This document shows positions 1-13,305 of a stretch of DNA of 64,000 bases, one piece after another; position 1 is the stretch's first letter, and every line of letters begins with the position of its first letter. Made by a program: the position numbers and the translations under genes. Under the pieces are notes generated by a model, which saw only the letters and a program-made list of their open reading frames with translations, searched no databases and was not told the origin of the DNA. Origin of the DNA: Takakia lepidozioides (Eukaryota; Plantae; Bryophyta); the NCBI GenBank assembly GCA_030704615.1, contig CM060732.1, positions 61,938,001 to 62,002,000 on the forward strand, given 5' to 3'.

Positions 1-2556
1 CATCACCCAACACCAAAGTCCGTGATGCACTGTCCAAGGGATTTACCAATTTTTTCCCATTGTGGATGAAGTCCTGATCATGGAGTCCGTATATATCTCC
101 CCCGTTGCACACTCGACCTGTAAACAACCATCCTTCCCAAGGGATGCAAAGTCTACTTCCAGCCCCATTGGCATAATCTTCTAACATCACTTTTCTCCTC
201 CTACTATCTCCTCTGAAGCATGCCCAATTATAGGCCCAACCACGTCCCTCACATATTTGTCCCACAACTGTCTCACCACTTCCCATTGTGATCTCACAAA
301 AAATTGTTGTCAAATCTATTGCAAGTGAGCTGGATTACCAATACCAATCGAGGTAATCGTACATGTAGAGGATTTGCTATCAACACTCTGGCGTAATGGG
401 CAACCACATTGTTTTGAATGCCTCCACAATATGTTCGTACCCTGATTCCCCTTCTCCCACTTGCACCACAAAAATTTGAAATACATACATGGTTGTCTTG
501 AAGCCCACAGAACCCGAGAAGGGTGTCATCCCTAGCAATCCAACGTACCAATCGCTTCACAACAGTTTCATCTTCGGCCACCATCACTAGGATGCTTCCC
601 ATTGGAATATTTGCATCTTCCATCACATCTCTGTAAATTCCAGCCACATGCTGAGATATATCATCCCTTTCTCCCGCTCTGTACTTCAAACCTTTCCTCA
701 AAGACCGTCTTGTAGTATCAATAGAAGGACCCCCCACATTTGAAGCCAAAAAATGATGCAATCTCGGACCCCCCCAAAGCTGCACAGTCTCAAACATTGT
801 TTTTGTGCTAGTACCATACCTCTTCCCTTGTGGAGACCTGTCAATATTCTTGCCCATATCAACAAGAAAATCCCACAAACTTTCTTTTCCTTCAAAATCC
901 CCCCTCCTATGTGCATCAACAATATCACGACAAAATTTGAGAACATCTCCTCTTTCAATTGCCTCAATCCCAGACTCCTTCAAACTCCTACATCGCACAG
1001 AACAGGATGCCACTTTGGTCTTGGCCTCCCACAATTTGAACCTCAACTGTCTCAACTCCTGTCTGTTTTTGTAAACTTGTTTGACAATCTCGGCATTTCC
1101 AAGATATGACAACCTTCTTCCCTTGCCAGTATCTCTCTCCCCTCTACATTCCATGGCACCTCTTTCTCTATATACCCTCATTCGGCTCGACATACCACTT
1201 CTTTCCTCCCTTGCTATCTTGAAGGAATGGTTTCAGACTTATTCTCTGCTGGTTGTACTCCCACCATTCATCCCATAGGCCCCAACACAACTGTCTCTTC
1301 CTTTGTTGCATTGGGACCTTTGCTGTGATTGTCAATCCTCGATCAGATCTGCCCATTGGGCAGCGTCAACACAAGTGTATGGAGTTTGTGACGAGGATGC
1401 TCCCATTGTTGATGCCACAATTGGATTGTCAAGTGGTGGGGACGGCAACACAGGTTGACTGACCAAGAAAGAGCTTAGATCCCGTTGCTTTACATCTTTG
1501 GCAATCATAGGCTTTGGAGGCCTTCCTCTCTTTTTGCACAGTCCTTCACTACTTCCAACCTTCTGGCAAATCTCTGCATCGACATGAGTTTTTCCTTTCA
1601 CATGCTCTGTCAAAGAAGATTGCAAAGAACCTGTCCTTGGAAACAAGAGTAGCCACTTCGAATCAAGTGGGCACCTAATCCTTATGGAACCCAACTGCGA
1701 ATAGTCTCCAATTGTGGCTTCCACAATCTTAAATCTGTTTCCAGGATTGTCCTCTCAAAACCGAGCGACTTCCTAATGCCTCCTTCACCCTGTTCTTCTT
1801 TGCATCAAATGCTTCATCTGCATTTACAGGGCTGATGACACATTGTGATGAGCCCTTCCCATGACGCCTCTCATAGGCTATGCGATGCCCCTCACTCCTC
1901 AAATGAGATCTCATAAAGTTTGCACATGCATCATATGGTTTATTTTTCCCAGACCCTGCATAAACATCCTCACACTCAACACACCATATGTGGAATTGTT
2001 GATCCATTGTCATCAGCTCAAACTTGTCACATCGTCCTTCTGCAGAGATTTTCCTTTCAACGGCTCTAATCTCTTTCTGCCATTTTTGAATATCGTTGGA
2101 TGTAGCCAACGTGCTGCACAATCTACCAGATCTCTGCTGAAGTGCATGCTCATGTGCATGGTCTTCATTTCCACCATCGCCAGCAAAGGGTGTATCAGGG
2201 TCCATCCTCATCTTGGTAGACATTGGTGCCGAGTCCTCGCCTGGTCTGTCCTCATGCAAGATCGTAGAACCACTGGAAGATAGAGGTCTTTTCAATCCTT
2301 GGTCCCCATCATTTTGGTCTGAAATCTTAATGTGTACAGTATCCCCTTTCAGAACCATCCTCTCTTCCTGCTTGGCTGAAAGGACACTACCCCCCATGGA
2401 AAGGAAATGAAATTTTGCTGAGACAAGCTCATCACCTAGAATTTCTGCTCGGATGCATTTGTATGTGACACCTTGCATAGTGAACACAGAACCAAGCCTG
2501 TTGGGTGATGCATCTCCTCCAATGAGCAGGACTTTTACTTCCAACTCTTCTTCCAT
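1..2556 (-). pseudogene. P-element-like DDE transposase with N-terminal zinc-finger-like motifs; multiply frameshifted and runs off the window edge
   Basis: ORFs 1729-2589, 1332-1724 and 294-1193 chain together through frameshifts. Motifs appear in P-transposase order: GGPSIDTTRR, then AEDETVVKRLVRW...DTLLGFCG (first D). Manual translation below 294 adds IIGHAS(D)GDSRRRK and QDFIHNGKKLVNPL (DxxH). Zn-finger-like CVEC...HLRSEGH and CPLD...HVKGKTH lie upstream. Confidence 0.65.
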
Positions 2557-3293
2557 GATGAGTTCACCTGCAAAATGCAATGAAAACATTTCAAATCAGA
2601 CCTTGATAGACCAATAACAAAGCACCCGGGTTGGAAGGTTCCAAAGTCCTGTTTTATACAACCCTATAGGCTGTCCAAGCAGGGACTACGTTGATAAGAG
2701 GATGAAATGTATACAGAAGCAAGTACCTGATTGATGAGTTTGACGTTGCTAATTCTTGCTGCAGCTATTGACCAAATGCTGCTACTTCCACTGCTGGTAG
2801 CCCTCTTGGGTGATCCTGAACCCACAGTCCATCCTTGCATCAGCGGCTACCCCTCCCTCCACACTAACATATTTAAATACAAAGTTCTGTCAAACTCCTT
2901 ACGATGTTGCATGAAGAAAGCTCACCTTGTTGACAATATTGTCCCACCGTTGTGGATCATATTTATAGAACTCCTGCCAGCGCTGTTCCTTGCTCCAAAT
3001 CTGGCCCTTGGATGATTTTGCACCCACGATCCTCTCCCTGCATCAACAGCTACCCCCTTACAGAATTCAATACATATGCTTCAGGGCTGAGGAGGATGAG
3101 AGGAAAAACAGGCTGAAACAGGTCAAACCAAAAGGTGCCCTCAGGCTGAAATGTGTTGAGGAAGGTACCTTCATCAGCAATGCCTTGCTCTATCAATTGT
3201 GCTGTTGCGCTGCTATTTCCAATTGACCATCCACCCACATTGTCCCACCATTGACTGGGGTCAGAAAAGTGTCAGATTCCAAAGCTTCTCTTC

Positions 3294-3460
3294 ATGTCTG
3301 TGGTGCTATTGCAAGGTGATTTCAATGCCCAAGTGGGCAAAGGGCTCCATCAGGACGATATCATTGGGTCTTATGGTGAGGACGAGCTGAATTCTAATGG
3401 CAGACGGTTAATTAACTGTCTGGAAGAGCTTCAGCTTTTGACCTTGAATAACAAGACAAG
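3294..3460 (+). mobile_element. LINE apurinic-endonuclease fragment
   Basis: LLQGDFNAQVG...IGSYGEDELNSNGRRLINCLEELQLLTLN contains the GDFNA and NG..L motifs of the non-LTR retrotransposon APE domain. Confidence 0.75.
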
Positions 3461-5615
3461 AGGTGATATCTACTTCTGTCTCTCCCTCTCTCAGTTTAGA
3501 CTGGAAGCAAGAGCCAGTAGGGAGTGTTGTGATTGGAGAATCAACTAGTATTAATACGCTGCTGCATATTGTTGATAAACTCCACTCACATGTAAAATAT
3601 CTTGCACAGGTCTTTTAACACACAGCTGTGGACTGCCAGCCACAATTACAGGCTGGCTCTACTATACCACATGTTTAGCATCCTCACAGACTTGGAGCTG
3701 CTGAAGTCTTCATTACTTTCAAGATAACACAGTTTCACCACCTTCTTGCACAAAAATTGATCAAATTAAGATAGCAAGAAGAGAAAGGCAGACCTTGCCA
3801 GGTGTCGAAGGAAAATTGTCCTGCATGGACGGAGACATTTTCAACAAGGGACTCTGTAAAGTCTTGGTGGGAGAGTCGAGGTACATCCCCGGAGAACCAC
3901 AACCCCTCTTTGCGTGTGACGGGTTCCTCCCCTTTCTTGCCTGGTCTACCACCCAGCAGTGGATCTCAACCCGGTCTTCCAGACTTTCTCCTCGTTATTT
4001 CCTGCATGCCACAGCCGAACCCAAGGAAATTTAGCATCATTTTGGCACATTGAATCTAACTCACAACCCTGCAATATTGATCTAAAAGAAGATCCAGACA
4101 CCCAAATGACAGGAGAGGATAGACCCACATACATAAATAAGGTCTAAATATGTTATGTAAACAATCAAAGTCAAACACAATAAACATGTTTCTCACTGGA
4201 CATCTAGCAATGTGATTTCTTTGCTATGCCCCGTCTGTCTAACACCAATTTAGGTGAGGAAAATGTTATGCCAAATAGTCATCATGTATTCAAAGGTGCC
4301 ATTACATGGATATGATTGCTATGGAGGTACACTCGTAAATATTCTCCTGAAGCTTTAACTTTTTCAGTTCCTGATGGGTGAAGTGCTATGTCTCTCCACA
4401 TCCATTCATGCTCACACTGTCTCTTTACCAGCAGATATTGGTCACTGCTAAACCATCAGTTGTGGCAGCAAGAACCTTGTATTTCATGTCACAAGTAGGA
4501 ACAGGGCATAGTGGTCCAGAGAGAAACATGAGATGGGGATCTTGGGAGTGACATGTGCAAAGGACATCCAAAGCATAAGCTTACCCAAGCTTCACTTCTA
4601 CTTGGACAATTCTCATACTTGTCAAGATCGCCATGGACTCTCAGCTGGGCTTTGGACCCTCTCAAGGCCAATTCAGGAAGTATGCCTCCGGCAGGCAAAC
4701 AGAATATGTCACCTTAAGAGGATAGCAGATACTGTCAGCTATTCAGAGACCTCTATCCTAGTCAAGGTCCGAGCAATTGTTTAGACTAGAAGGATCAACC
4801 TTCCTTAAATTCGGGCAACTACTTGCCCAATAAGGAAGTGGTGGAGAAAAAGCAGAATGTTAACAGCCGGACATGGAGCTCAAAATTGAGATCAACAGTG
4901 TTGACGTTGAGATTCGAAAGGAGACAAAACAGGCAGACCATAGGACACACCCCCAAATCTGAGTAGAGATAGACATCGAAAAGACAAACCTGGAGCTAGA
5001 CATGGGCATTGAGTGAAGGTGATGTCAAACAATGTCATCGGTAGCCACTTGTACACTCAGCAATCTTCATTGTAGCCTCCACACGTAATCACCAACTCTA
5101 TTACCACCTACAGGAAGGATAACACAACCGATTAGTGGGTAATTAAGCTGGGTTGAGCCAGGTGCATGCATGGAGAAAAAAAAAGGGTGCCCAAGAATTT
5201 AATCACAGAAGCTCTCCACTGCCCTACACAGTCCGCAACAGTCTGCTGCATGTTCTCATGAAAGATTCCTGGGCATTAGTAGGTACAACCGCAATTCCTG
5301 CAGTCGCAAAGCATTCACACTGCCTTCGAGCATGACCAATGTTGTACGAAGAGTAACCACAAGAAATGCTAAGGTTCCGCATATTCTCAAAGAAAATAGT
5401 AGGTAGTAATCGCCTGCATTATCCCACCCAGTTGACAAGGGACCATTAAATTAACTGCCGCAGTCTCCATCCGAGAGCTCTCATTTCTCTGAGAACTGCC
5501 AGATGATTGGCGTTCCCAAACCGTGAGTTCCAACGGGCCAGTTCTAACACCGAGACTCTATTATCGCTGGAAAGCGCTACATGCAAGCAGAGAGTACAAT
5601 AAGTTTCAGTTCCTT

Positions 5616-5895
5616 GGCCAGGCCTTGTTCTGGCAACTGCAGCACCACAAGACATGTGTAAAAGAAGTAATCCTTCACAACTCACAAATCACAAATGAAG
5701 TTAGGGTTCCGTAAATTGTATACATCAAAGATCTAGTCTACTGCAGTTGTGAGGGCTAAGATGCTTAGATGAACTCACCTCCAACGTTGCTGCATACACA
5801 GAACCCAGTTCATCACCACCAACATGCACCAGTTGAGTATGCTTAGGCCATGGAAAGGTGCCACTATTCCGCAAACGCCAAATCTTGGTAAAATG
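5616..5895 (-). pseudogene. NBR1: Fragment of the NBR1 autophagy receptor (FW domain): two partial exons with their intron
   Basis: 5895-5779 translates HFTKIWRLRNSGTFPWPKHTQLVHVGGDELGSVYAATLE, followed by a GTGAG donor. After a TGCAG acceptor, 5636 onward reads LPEQGLA and then similarity ends. Confidence 0.75.
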
Positions 5896-6539
5896 CGATC
5901 ATACTTCACAATGGTTGCAGGAAGCTCAAAGATCTTATGGGATAAGAGGAAAAAAGAAACAAGAAAGAGAGGGGGTCACAAAGCTCATGGCCTGCTAAGA
6001 CCATGCTGACACGGAAGGGGTGCGGGGGAGGAGGGAAAAAGAGAGCCTGCGGGAGACAGATCGCGGGGAGAAAAGAAAAAAAAGAAAAGCAAAACAACAT
6101 TGCATCGCGATTTGATCCCGCGGTGCGTCACGACACATTCTACGCCCTTACCACTAGACTACTCCTAAAATTCTATAACCCCCTCCTGTAAGATTATATT
6201 TAAGGTGATATAAACCCCCCTCTATATGTATAATGTTGTACATGGAGGGGTTTAAAATACCCCCTCCTGTGCACGCACGTGGCGGGTACATATTGGTAGG
6301 AGTGCACCCCCCAGGGTACAAAACCACTCTCATGGAAGGCAGGGTCCTCGTCCGCGGATGCGGCATTGAACGTGAGATACATATCCACAAACGCACAGGT
6401 ACAACAACTCGACGCGCCCAAATAGGGAGGGTATAGTACAATTCGGAGGGTTAGAATTGTTGGGGATCAATTCATTCCTCCGTCTTGGGAGCTAGCAGGG
6501 AAAACGCCCAGGGAAACAAATGCTGAGCTTGCCAAAGTC

Positions 6540-7035
6540 CAACATAACAATGAGGCGTTGGCTGTAAAGTTCCATCATTTCGGCATCATAAAGTATTTTG
6601 CGTTGCATCCACGTCGAAATGAAGGTTACACACATTTGTGGAATGGGAGGACCATACGATCATGGTTGAGTATTGACAGGAAATGGGGGGGAATGATCGG
6701 ATAACAGGGAGTTAATGGAACGACGGGGGACGGAGCAGAAAATGCAGGAGGTCAACCGACTGGTTCGATTCCGACAAAATCGCACCCAATTGGCATGGGC
6801 GCTTTTGCACATCATGCTCAACGTCCATAATCACCACATCTTGCACAACGACATGTCCCCCGACAACATCTTGTTGCATTTTTCACAAGGGTCTGAAGAT
6901 GTGTACATCGGGGTATGCGATTGGGGGATGGCCTCCACCCAAAAACCACGTTGTACATTTTCGAGAGCAGCGACAAGATGATAAAGACTCTCGCACATAG
7001 ATGGTGGATTGCACCTGAAATTGCAATTGTTCATA
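6540..7035 (+). pseudogene. Degenerate protein-kinase domain fragment, probably transposon-borne
   Basis: EALAVKFHHFGIIKYFALH, ILHNDMSPDNILLHF (HRD-like), IGVCDWGMA (DFG-like) and RWWIAPE (APE) occur in order across frameshifts. Confidence 0.7.
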
Positions 7036-7062
7036 ATGTAGCCAACAACCAGTCAGATGGCA

Positions 7063-9090
7063 CAAAATCATCTGGATGACCAACCATCCGTTGAGCCATC
7101 GAAAGAATTTCGATTTATCTGATATTAGTCTGGGACCTCTAAGAAGGTGTCTCAAACGTACTGGCAAAGTTTGGAAGCAAACAAAAATGATTTGGATGGA
7201 CAACCATCCGTTCACCTGTTGAATGTATTCCGATGGATCTGCTATTGCTTTCGGACCTGTTGGACTGTGTTTCGCGTGCTCACGATTTTTTTTTCATTCA
7301 GTTTTTGAATGGGGCGTGTAATGTAGCCATATGCAACGTGCGTGCCAAATTTGGGAACGAACATAATTCATTTGGACCCAAAACCACAGTTTCTTCCCTG
7401 TTTTGCACTCCAAACTTGATTTGTGTTCAACTTCATGCACTCTTTATAGAGAGTTCTGCAATAGTGAGCGAAGAGAACACTTTTTTTTGGGGCATTTTTT
7501 ATTGGTTCAAATTTTGGCGGGGGAGTAGTGGTGGGATGCTGGAAGCCGCAGAACAAAATTGAGCCAAAAACAAAATCGATACGTGCCAGAAACCCCCAGT
7601 GAAAGGCAGTGCAAACCTATTTATTGGCTTAAAATTAATTTAAATTCAATTACATTATGGAATGGCTGGTGTCGAGGGGGAGGCAAATGATTTATTCGTT
7701 GTTGTGTCTCGCACATGTGTCGCACATATGTTCAAGCACATGCGGGCAAAAGAGGGGCTTCAACCACATCCGTTCAATGGGTGCAATAGCTGTGCACGCA
7801 TTGCAGGATTTTTTTTTCGCAATGAACAAAAACCAAATGACAACTGAACGCCTCATTGGCCCATCGAATGAATTTTGATTGATCTCATATTATACAGGGA
7901 CCTATCAGAGGGTACATTGAACACACTGGCCAAGTCTCAAAACGAACGAAAATCATTTGGATGGGCAACCATCCGTTGGCCCATTGAACGAATTTCGATT
8001 GATTTCATATTACTTTGGGGCCTCTTCCATGGCACATTGAACATACTGGCCAAGTCTCAAAGCGAACCAAAATCATCTGGATGGCCAACCATCCGTTGAG
8101 CCATCGAATGAATTTCGATTGATATGATATTAGTCTTGAACCTCTGAGAGGGTGTCTCGAACGTACTGGCAAAGTTTGGAAGCAAAAAAAAATGATTTGG
8201 ATGGACAACCATCCGTTCACCCGTTGAATGTATTCCGCCGGATCTGCTATTGCTTTGGGACTTATTGGACTGTGTTTCGCGTGCTCACGATTTTTTTTCA
8301 TTCGGTTTTTGAATGGGGCGTGTAATGTAGTCATATGCAACGTGCGTGCCAAATTTGGGAACGAACATAATTCATTTGGACCCAAAACCACAGTTTATTT
8401 CCTGTTTTGCACTCCAAACTTGATTTGTGTTCAACTTCATGCACTCTTCATAGAGAGTTATGCAATAGTGAGCGAAAGATAACACTTTTTTTGGGGGGCA
8501 TTTTTGATTGGTCCAAATTTTGGCGGGGAAGTAGTGGTGGGATGTTGGAAGCCGCAGAACAAAATTGAGCCAAAAACAAAATCGATACGTGCCAGAAACC
8601 CCCAATGAAAGGCAGTGCAAACCTATTTATTGGCTTAAAATTAATTTAAATTCAATTACATTATGGAATGGCTTGGTGTCGATGGGGAGGCAAATGATTT
8701 ATTCGTCTGTTGTGTCTCCGCACATGTGTCGTACACATGTTCAAGCACATGCGGGCAAAAGAGGGGCTTCAACCACATCCGTTCAATGGGTGCATTAGCC
8801 GTGCACGCATTGTAGGATTTTTTTTCCGCAATGAACAAAAACCAGATGACAACTGAACGCCTCATTGGCCCATCGAACGAATTTCGATTGATCTCATGTT
8901 GCACTGGGACCTATCAGAGGGTACATTGAACACACTGGCCAAGTCTCAAAGCGAACGAAAATCATTTGGATGGGCAACCATCCGTTGGCCCATTGAACGA
9001 ATTTCGATTGATCTCATATTACTCTAGGGCCTCTTCCATGGTACATTGAAGATATTGGACAAGTCTTAAAGCGAACCAAAATCATTTGGA
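7063..9090. repeat. Tandem duplication of about 1.0 kb containing ~120-bp subrepeats
   Basis: Units start at 7063, 8068 and 9077 (stub) and are near-identical. The subrepeat caaaatcatttggatgggcaaccatccgttggccc...attgatctcat recurs within them. Degenerate inverted copies lie at about 9190-9510. Confidence 0.9.
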
Positions 9091-10679
9091 GGCAAATGAT
9101 TTATGCGTCTGTTCATTTATTTGTGATTTAATCGTTAATGGTGAAAATGATAAACAAAAGGTTCATTGATAAAAAAAAAATTGAATGATTTGAAATTTTG
9201 CCAGTATGTTCTACATGCCTCTTACATGGACCGGAGAAGTATGAGATCAATAAAAAATGGTTCATAGGAGGAACCAATGGTTATTTGATGTGCCGATTTC
9301 TGAATGCTTTCAAACTTTGCCATTGCATTATACATACCCTCTTAAAGGTATCAGACAAGTATGAGTTCGATTTAAAATATTGCAATGGGTGAACCAATGG
9401 TATCTTCATTCAGCAATTTTTGATTGTTTTGAAACTTTGCCAGTATATTGTACATGCCGTCAAACAGGTATGGAACAAGTATGAGGTCATTCAAAAATGG
9501 TTCAAAGGATGAACTTCGTATTTCCAAAAATTACGTAGACTATACAGTGGGTTGCACATTTAAGTTTTTGCAACCTGAGACCTTTGGCCTACTCCCTACG
9601 TTTCTAGCCTTTCTAGTCATCTTCATCTAGATTTATTTCTTGTACTGTCTCTATTTGCCTTCATGTTGCGGTTCTACAACCTATGTGATCTATAATATAA
9701 ATGATCTCAACTTTAATTTTTGAATAATATATTTAAGATTATATAATAATAATTTAATTAATAAAAATTATGTATTGATTAAATTTTAAAAAATGTCAAC
9801 AATAATATTCCTCAAAAATATAGTTGAGGTACTATATTTAATAAAATAAAAAGATCTAAATATAATTTTGGAGTATAAATGGTACAACTGATGTAGATCA
9901 ACACTAAGACATCATTGTATTGGCATCTGGGTCTAAGGTTCAGTCCTATGTGGTGTCTTTGATTGTGGCTGTACTTGTTTACGTTTTATGGCCTTGAAAA
10001 TGGACTTATTTCTCCCAAGCAAAGCCTAGTTTCTGACATGATGTGCAAGTGTGGTCTTAGGCTCAAATCAACCAATTCAGTTTGTACCAGTGTTGGGCCG
10101 GGTATGGATGGTGATCTCCAGTATCAAGTATCAACAAAGTTATCATCCCAAAGGTCAAAGAACCTAATCAGCGGGTCCCACTGAGGGAGACACCATGGCT
10201 GCGGGGTAGCAACTTTGAGATAAACCCCCCATATCCGCCACCCTGCATGGATATGTCTAGGCTCCTGATAGAAACTCGCATGGGGTTGTCTTCCCAAGGG
10301 CTCAAACCGAGTATGCATGCAGAGGGTCAAAGGGTGTAGGGAGGCATGTGAGCCCCTTGGCAGCAAATCCATACTCAATTTTCTTATTACTTCACAATTT
10401 TGTTTATTTATGGTACATGTGGTATTTATGGTATTTTTGCCATCTCAAAGATACAATTTTCATACATGTATGTCTTGTATGTGCATGCAAAAGTAATACT
10501 ACTAGACCCTGATTGATAACCGGAGGTTCTTATTAAGTGTTTCGCATAGGTCCGCTTTGCTGCATTAGTAAGCCACTTCAATGTTGATAACCTATGGGAG
10601 TAGCCACAAGTTGAAGTGGCTTTCTCATCCTGGCTTTCCAGGTTGTGGTGTTGGATCTTCTAATTCATAATATGCCACT

Positions 10680-12320
10680 ACAAGTTTTTCTCTCGCATAT
10701 TCCTCAATACAAATTGGAAAGATGATAATTTGGACATAAGCTGGTGGACAGGTCGAATATCATCTCCACTAAAACGATGTGGCCTCGGATTTAAGATATG
10801 CATAGCCAATAATGGATGGACAAGTGCATATTCACTGTTTTGACTTACTGGCCGGACTTTGAACATAATACTCTCTGTGGAAGAAAACACCAATTTCTCC
10901 AACAATTTCATGTTACAAAAAAGATGTAATACGTGCCTTCCATACCCAATCATGACCAAGAAACTGTCTCTCAAGTTTAATCACCACATTATCTCCAATT
11001 CTGTATTGTGTACCACCATGTAATAAAGGCGTTTTTGTCATCACCACCATGTCATCACAACTTTTTGATTATCCGTAATCCATTGTCCCTCCATTACCGT
11101 TCCAGAAATACTTGTGTTTCCTCTGACTTTCTTATCCATTTTGGTCATTTACGCGCCACAAATATCCCTTTCTTGGCTATCATAGTCAAACAGGGATTAT
11201 AAATCATACTTGTCATAGTTTGAATTAACTTCCACATCTCCTCACATCTATACTTTGTAGGCAGTTCCCATTCTGCATTTGGATTCCAGAAATCTTACAA
11301 TTTTCTCATTTTACTTCCATCCCAAAACTCATGTATACTTTCAGGTTGCCGTTCTATGTCACAATCTAACCAATGGTCTTTGTTCCTCCACATAGGAAGA
11401 AACTCCTGACAGAAACTTCTACTTTAACATAATTCACGAATCTGAGATGCAAATAATAGATAATCAAAAGCTAAAAGAAATTTTCTTTAATTCTGACAGA
11501 CTACACATTTTTGACAACATTGGGGACAATCTTGCTTCAGAATACTTTTTGTAGATGTACCATATCCACATTTCAAAACTTGTGATCCTTCATATAAATC
11601 CCTCACTAGATGGATGCATTAAATAAGGTACGTGAGGTTTCGATAAATATCATGTGCACAATCTCCATCTATTTGGTTCAACCATTCCCCAGGATTTATG
11701 TATTCCACACAATTGCTTAAAAGAGCCTGGTACTTGTAAACCATCCAAATCCCCACTCCAATCTTGGGGAACTTGATATAAGAGTTGCCCTAATGATTGA
11801 TCTCCATACTGACCAGTATGTTGAGATGAAATTCTGTCAAGCTTTGCCAAGGAGCCAAACAAACTTTTTAGTATAGAGTCTTGGAGTTCGATAGGACATA
11901 TGTCCCATTCAGCTTGAATTTCAACCACTCGTAATAATATACTCTGGTTTACAGACAATTGTTTTCCCTCTTCAGGAACAATACTATTCTCATAGGGAAG
12001 TGGATTTCCCAATGAATGGTGTTGTCATGAGGAGACTGCTCAGATTCAGAAATATTATAATCAACCACATCTACAGATTGATTGAATGTAGAAACATTGG
12101 TAGCAACAAAAGTTCTGGGTGTAGTTGTAGATACTAGATACCCTGTTAAGATCCAATGCCTTATGCGTATAGAAGGTGCTTCTTCCCACAATCTTTCCTA
12201 GTACAAACTTTACAGAAACATAGCATTTGTTTCCATTATCGGCCCTTTGTTCAGTTGCTTGTAATTCATTGTTTGAAACTGACATTGATGTCTCTTGGAG
12301 TAGTGCTCTGTTCTCCATTC
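10680..12320 (-). mobile_element. Degenerate CACTA/EnSpm-like transposase remnant
   Basis: A stop-riddled frame includes FCQEFLPMWRNKDHWL...IHEFWDGSKMRKL*DFWNPNAEWELP and a Cys-rich CPQCCQKCVVC. It resembles the E.WDG region of CMC/EnSpm transposases, judged from memory. Confidence 0.45.
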
Positions 12321-13305
12321 GTCCATGGTCTGTATTATCCTCAGCTTCCTATCTATGCTCTGTCAGAGGTATGGCCAATCCTTTTTGTACTTCATGATAA
12401 TACTCAACAGTTCTAGTGTAAAATACTCTGCCCTCCTTTAAAGCTTTCATGTGATTGTAATATGACCTTGTAGGGATCATATCAAAACCAGCTAGCTTGT
12501 GAATACATTTGTATGTACATTCATATCTGATTTTTTTCTCTATTATTCCTATATAGTCACTAATCTATACAAGTTAGAGAATGATGGGACAACGAGCAAG
12601 CCTATTCGGTCTCCCCAGAATTTGACAGATCGGATATCAATTGGAGGCACATCAGACCAGCATCGGCAGTGAGGCTACACTTCCACAGATAGATAATGTC
12701 ATGCTTAATCCCTACTTTCCACCTTCCTTCCCTCCTTTCTGGATCTTCTTCTAATCTCCCTCTTCTATGAACTCTTCTCTCCCTCCCTGCTTATCTATCG
12801 CCATTCCGTCCCAGTTCCACGCTACGCTAGACACCTAGGGTTGCACCTGTCACACTAAGCCGTTATGGCCTTCTCCTTCCGGATGGGAGTTCACTTCCAT
12901 TAGGGTCCCCTCTTCAATATAAAGAGGGTGATGCCGATGATGCCTGTTGATGAATAGGAGTCTCTATCGCTAGCTTATTTTCTAGCTAGGTGAAGTTTGG
13001 TTCTTCGTTACATGAATTGTAGCTTCAGGTCACATATCTGCGAGAATTTTGGCATGGTCTCCATGCGAAAAGCCTTATGGCGGCCTTGGGGGCAAACAAA
13101 AGTTTTAATTTTTTTCCCTTCAATAATCTTCTCAATAAAGTCTTACCAGGGTCCTGCTCCCTTTCCTTTAAATTTAAAATAAAATAAAACAAAACAAAAT
13201 AAAAATAATGGAAGAAAGAGGACTGAAACAAATCTCAGAATGGTGGAAGAAAGAAGATAGAAAGAAAAATCTCTGTGTAAGGCTAAACGGTGACAAAGCC
13301 TTTAA

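Noticed and set aside
4230-4500. Receptor-kinase fragments on the minus strand (GTFEYM-like)
   Set aside because: The motifs are too short and need several frameshifts, so they cannot be supported without a search.
7063-9090. CRISPR-like array
   Set aside because: The units are ~120-bp and ~1-kb repeats without unique spacers, the context is eukaryotic, and there are no cas genes.
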